Below are positions 34,540 to 38,253 of a DNA stretch of 38,253 nucleotides, one piece after another (within the stretch, counting starts at the first letter, position 1; every line of letters begins with the position of its first letter). This DNA is from Gemmatimonadaceae bacterium (lineage in GTDB: Bacteria > Gemmatimonadota > Gemmatimonadetes > Gemmatimonadales > Gemmatimonadaceae). A program made the position numbers and the translations under genes. Below the pieces are notes generated by a model. The model was given only the letters and a program-made list of their open reading frames with translations, made no database searches and had not been told where the DNA came from. The stretch lies in contig JBBDYA010000035.1 in assembly GCA_040902005.1 (NCBI GenBank), positions 1 through 38,253 on the forward strand. Reading direction: 5' to 3'.

Positions 34540-36204
34540 CTACGTCGTCGGCGGAACTTCACCGGTTGGAGGTGGCAGCGGGTGCTCGATCGGCGTTGGA
34601 CGGACCTGTATGTGGACCGTCCGCTCCTCCGGCCAGGACTTGCCCACCGTTACCTGCCCGGTCTGGTCGGTGCGCTCGTCGTGGACCGTGAACCTGAATG
34701 AATCCATGCTCTCCGGCGTGTTCCAGTATCCGATATTCGGGAGGAAGGCGACCGGCCAGCCCACTTCATAGAAGTTCGTCGCCACCGTGAACGGCAACAT
34801 GTCCTGCGTGATGATCTGGTTGTCCGAGTTCAGCAGCAGTCCATTGGCCGGGATCGCGGTGATCACGAAACGGATCAGCAAGCCTTGCGAGCTGAAGGGA
34901 AAGAAGGTGTCATCCGTGGCGCCCAGCACGATCCACGAACCGGTGTCCTGGGGGACGACGACGTGCGTCGGCGAACACGTGTGGGGAGCGCGATTGCCGT
35001 CGGCATGAATCGGGTGGCCGGTGGAATCGTACACCTGAGCCGACGGACACACCGGGTTCGGCGGATCGTTGACGTCCCGCGCGTGGATGATATCGGTCAC
35101 CGTGGCGCTCTGCGACTGTCCGTCGCTGATGTACCAGTCCCACGAATCGAACGGCGCTCCCACGGATCCCAACGGATAGACGTAGACCAGGGAGGATGAT
35201 GTGAACCAGTTGTCCGCCGCCGTGATTTCATGCTGCGGTGCATTCCAGCTCCCGTTCGGTGAAACCCGGTATAACGTCCCGTGCTGCGGCAGGCGCGTGA
35301 TGTACCCGGTGAGGGTGTCGCTCGTCTTGTCGTCGTCGAAGTAGGCCGCTGTAATGCCGGCGAGGGTATTGTGCGCGTACACCTCGTGCACCCTCGGCAG
35401 CGCGACCGGCACATCGTTCACTCCCTGGATGTCGACGAACGACAGGACGGCATCGCTGAGCGCGTCGTGGGTGTCGCGCAGGAAATAGACGAAGTTCGAA
35501 CCGATGGTGTTGCCGAGTCCAAAGACGTTCGGGAGCGGTACGTAGGCGACGAGCCGGTTGCGGTTGGTGACGGGAATGATCGTGTCGCCCGCGGTGACGA
35601 TCCTGTTGCTGTAGTCCACGGTGCCGTCGTCGTGCACCTGGTACAGACTCCCGAGGAAGGGAGACAACGTCATGAAGGCGCGCAGCAAGTCCGCTTCGTG
35701 CCCTTCTTCGATGTCCAGGTCTCTTCCCGTGAGTTCGAGGATCGCCACGCTATCCTCGATGCCTGACGGCCGGACATCCATCACCGCAATCGGCGCTCGA
35801 TTGACGTGCGGCACCGGGTCCGGTGGCGACTCGCCGAGCACGGTCAGGGAGTAGCTGTCGCTGAAGGCGCCGAGCCGCGCCGTGATGACCGCGGTGCCGG
35901 GCGCACGGGCGTATAGCACGGCGGTTTTGCTGACCTCCGTTCCCTCGGCCACTTCGGCCACTTCGGCGTCCGACGAACTCCAGTGTACCGTGCCCTGCAC
36001 CGAGCGGCCGGCCGGATTGATCACGCTGGCCTGGAGGTCCAGCGTGGCCCCGACCTCCACTTCCAGTTGGGGATCCTGGATCGTGACGGTCATTCCCACC
36101 TTGGCGTTTGCCAGGGAGGACGCGAGCGCGGTTGTGTCCGGCGGAGTCGGTGAATCGCAGGCGACGAGCGCGACGCACAGTGTGAGCAACGTCAGGCGTT
36201 TCAT
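34540..36204 (-). CDS. Secreted lipoprotein with Big_2 Ig-like domain and cadherin-like repeats
   Basis: LVAC lipobox; VHWSSSDAEVAEV..PGTAVITA; VNRAP/VNDVP/VNDPP linkers; LP-x-HG-x-L motifs. Confidence 0.82.
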   Translation of the reverse strand: MKRLTLLTLCVALVACDSPTPPDTTALASSLANAKVGMTVTIQDPQLEVEVGATLDLQASVINPAGRSVQGTVHWSSSDAEVAEVAEGTEVSKTAVLYARAPGTAVITARLGAFSDSYSLTVLGESPPDPVPHVNRAPIAVMDVRPSGIEDSVAILELTGRDLDIEEGHEADLLRAFMTLSPFLGSLYQVHDDGTVDYSNRIVTAGDTIIPVTNRNRLVAYVPLPNVFGLGNTIGSNFVYFLRDTHDALSDAVLSFVDIQGVNDVPVALPRVHEVYAHNTLAGITAAYFDDDKTSDTLTGYITRLPQHGTLYRVSPNGSWNAPQHEITAADNWFTSSSLVYVYPLGSVGAPFDSWDWYISDGQSQSATVTDIIHARDVNDPPNPVCPSAQVYDSTGHPIHADGNRAPHTCSPTHVVVPQDTGSWIVLGATDDTFFPFSSQGLLIRFVITAIPANGLLLNSDNQIITQDMLPFTVATNFYEVGWPVAFLPNIGYWNTPESMDSFRFTVHDERTDQTGQVTVGKSWPEERTVHIQVRPTPIEHPLPPPTGEVPPTT

Positions 36205-36704
36205 TTGGTGTCCCTCAGGTCGGGTTCTGGTCCAGCGTGATGGCGCTCAAGATGGAGCGCGCCTATCCGCCAATCATCCGACCACTCAACCGCTTGCCAC
36301 GTAGCCGCTTACGCCCGCAGTGACGGCAGATGTCCGAGACATCGGAGCCGATTCCCGGTGAAAATCGGTCTACTCTGCGTTTCGCCCGTTGGCGGTGGAC
36401 GATCTCACCCTGATGCGGCGTCCTCCACGAGGCCCTGCATCGTTCCACACCCAGCGCTGTGTACTTCAGCGCACCGCCAACACCGGCACCTTCAACCCGC
36501 GCCACTCCACGTATGCCCGCCGCCTGACCTGTCTCAATCCGTCAGGCCACTTCTGTCTCGACCCGTCCATCATTGCAACCCGCATTCGCGACGTGGTGCG
36601 CGAGGTGCTTCGGGCGGAGTAGTCCGCGAGCTACACCAGCGGCACCATGGCCGACGTGTGCAGTTCCGACCCCCCAACCTCCAGCCCCAAACCCCTCCCC
36701 CGCC

Positions 36705-37958
36705 TCACCCGCCCGTGCGCTTCGCGGCGAGCAACGTCAGGTCATCGTGCGGCTCGGCCTGCCGCGTGAACGACCGGAGCGCGTCGATGACACCGGTGAC
36801 GAGCTCCGATGCGGAGCCGGTGGCGTTCGCCCGCACCACCGCACGCAACCGCTCGCTGCCATACACCTCACCGGTCGGACTCCGCGCCTCCGACAAGCCG
36901 TCCGTGAACGCGAAGAGCGTGGCCCCGGGCTCCAGCGTGCCCTTCCCCGCCTTGAACACCCCATCCGGCATCATCCCGAGCGCCGGACCCGTGGGTCGCA
37001 GTTCCCGCATGCTGCCGTCCGGGCCGATGATGAGCGCCGGCTCGTGGCCGGCGTTGACATAGTTGACCGTTCCGTACGCCGGATCGAGCACCGCCAGAAA
37101 AACGGTGGCGAACATGTTGGTCCGTCCGTGCAGCCGCGCGATGTAGTTGTTGGTGAACCCCGCGACGCGCGTCAGCAGGTCGGCCGGCGTGGCGGCCGCC
37201 AGCGACTCCTGTACGTACGTGCGTCGGCCGCCGATCATCTGGATCGCACCGCCGCCCACCGGATCGGCGGAGGCGCGAATGAGGCTGCGAAACAGCGCCA
37301 TGAACATGGCCGCGCCCACACCCTTGTCGCACACGTCCCCCACGACGAGCACGAGGTTGCCGGACGGCAACAGCAGAAAGGCATCGTAGAAGTCGCCGGA
37401 GACCTGGCGGGCTGGGTGCAGCGCGGCTTCGAGCTCCACGCCCCGCGCCACGGGGAGCGACTCGGGCAGGAAATCCCTCTGGATGTTCCGGGCGACGGTC
37501 ATGTCGCGCCGGAGATTGTCGTGATCCCGCACGCGTCGGCGGTCCAGCGCCGCGCTCACGCGGGCCCGCAGCACGGCCGGCCCGAAGACCTTCGGGAGAT
37601 AGTCGTCGGCACCCCGCTCCAGACACCGCTCGATGGCGTCGATGTCGTCCGACGCCGAGGCCACGATGACCGGAACGTTCTCCAGCTCGGGATCGCCCCG
37701 GAGCGTCTCGACGAACTGCGCGCCACCCCCCTGCATGCCGGGCACGTCCACGTTCAGCAGCACCAAGTCATGCCGCTCGGCCCGAAGCAGCTGCAATGCG
37801 TCGTCCGCATCTGCGGCGGCGGACACCAGATATGCTTCCGCCTCCACGCGACGCGCCAGGGCTTCGGCATCCGCGCCAAACTGGCCGACGAACAGCGCTT
37901 TCGGGAGAGCGCGGAGCGTGGTCGACGTACCCCTCGCGGGTGTGGGTATGCGGTTCAT
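36705..37958 (-). CDS. Receiver-like domain + PP2C/SpoIIE phosphatase (RsbU-like)
   Basis: VSGDFYD, VGDVCDKG, NAGHEP, FTDGLSE, DDLTLL; start ATG 37958 overlaps the upstream stop. Confidence 0.92.
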   Translation of the reverse strand: MNRIPTPARGTSTTLRALPKALFVGQFGADAEALARRVEAEAYLVSAAADADDALQLLRAERHDLVLLNVDVPGMQGGGAQFVETLRGDPELENVPVIVASASDDIDAIERCLERGADDYLPKVFGPAVLRARVSAALDRRRVRDHDNLRRDMTVARNIQRDFLPESLPVARGVELEAALHPARQVSGDFYDAFLLLPSGNLVLVVGDVCDKGVGAAMFMALFRSLIRASADPVGGGAIQMIGGRRTYVQESLAAATPADLLTRVAGFTNNYIARLHGRTNMFATVFLAVLDPAYGTVNYVNAGHEPALIIGPDGSMRELRPTGPALGMMPDGVFKAGKGTLEPGATLFAFTDGLSEARSPTGEVYGSERLRAVVRANATGSASELVTGVIDALRSFTRQAEPHDDLTLLAAKRTGG

Positions 37959-38253
37959 GCCTGCATCTCGTCGAGCAGGTTGAGCTGCCAGAGGTCGCGG
38001 GTGCTGGTGTGGAGGAACGGTTGCAGGGAGAGCATCCCGGTTCTCCCGATGCTCTTCTCCAGGTACCGCAGCTCCTCGAACGTGCGCTTCACGGCGGGAT
38101 CGGGCGCGGGATCGAATCCGGCCTCGCGCATCATCAGAATGCCCTTGGCCCCGATGCCCAGTTCGGCGCGCAGGCGCAGAAGGCACAGCATATCCACGAT
38201 GACCTCCGGTGAGAAGCGACTGCGCACGGTCTTGAGATACTCTCCCACGGGCG
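37955..38253 (-). CDS. 3' end of a gene running off the window; probably the C-terminal tail of a PrsW-family membrane protease
   Basis: DMLCLLRLRAELGIGAKGILMMREAG..ELRYLEKSIG..RDLWQL recalled from PrsW-family proteins near anti-sigma/phosphatase genes; catalytic part not in window. Confidence 0.5.
   Translation of the reverse strand, partial: PVGEYLKTVRSRFSPEVIVDMLCLLRLRAELGIGAKGILMMREAGFDPAPDPAVKRTFEELRYLEKSIGRTGMLSLQPFLHTSTRDLWQLNLLDEMQA

Noticed and set aside
36330..36622. Possible small, perhaps frameshifted, gene ending ...IRDVVREVLRAE
   Set aside because: No recognisable family or clear start; cannot be supported without a homology search
1..38253. Integron integrase, transposase or reverse transcriptase
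   Set aside because: No ORF shows tyrosine-recombinase (R..H-x-x-R..Y), DDE or YADD-type motifs that I can recognise

Overview
High-GC bacterial accessory region. The gene families present (PadR + duplicated MacB-type 'ADOP' permeases, BTAD/TolB-like regulator, many lipoproteins) suggest Gemmatimonadota or a similar Acidobacteria-like lineage; this is an inference. The main hidden structure is a decaying integron-type gene-cassette array with no integrase in the window (CALIN-like, ~3257-10596). It has an attI-like site, two well-formed homologous attC sites (3864-3974, 4394-4486), a degenerate one (6315-6429) and a half-site (9881-9962) fused to the 3' end of a permease gene. Short co-oriented cassette ORFs include a streptothricin-acetyltransferase-like GNAT, lipoproteins, membrane proteins and a DJ-1/PfpI protein. 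A second PadR-ADOP module sits inside the array. Further right are secreted beta-helix, RCC1 and Kelch lipoproteins, a broken addiction-module/ParE pair, an orphan arsA beside a Met/His-rich exported protein, and a cryptic ~21-bp repeat array. These are followed by an intact Phd-VapC pair, a two-component locus with a collagen-like protein bearing a phage-RBP-like head, a 45-bp aac(3)-I-like relic, a chimeric permease/kinase pseudogene, a BTAD regulator, an Ig/cadherin-like lipoprotein and a pseudo-receiver PP2C phosphatase. No rRNA, tRNA, CRISPR or transposase was seen.
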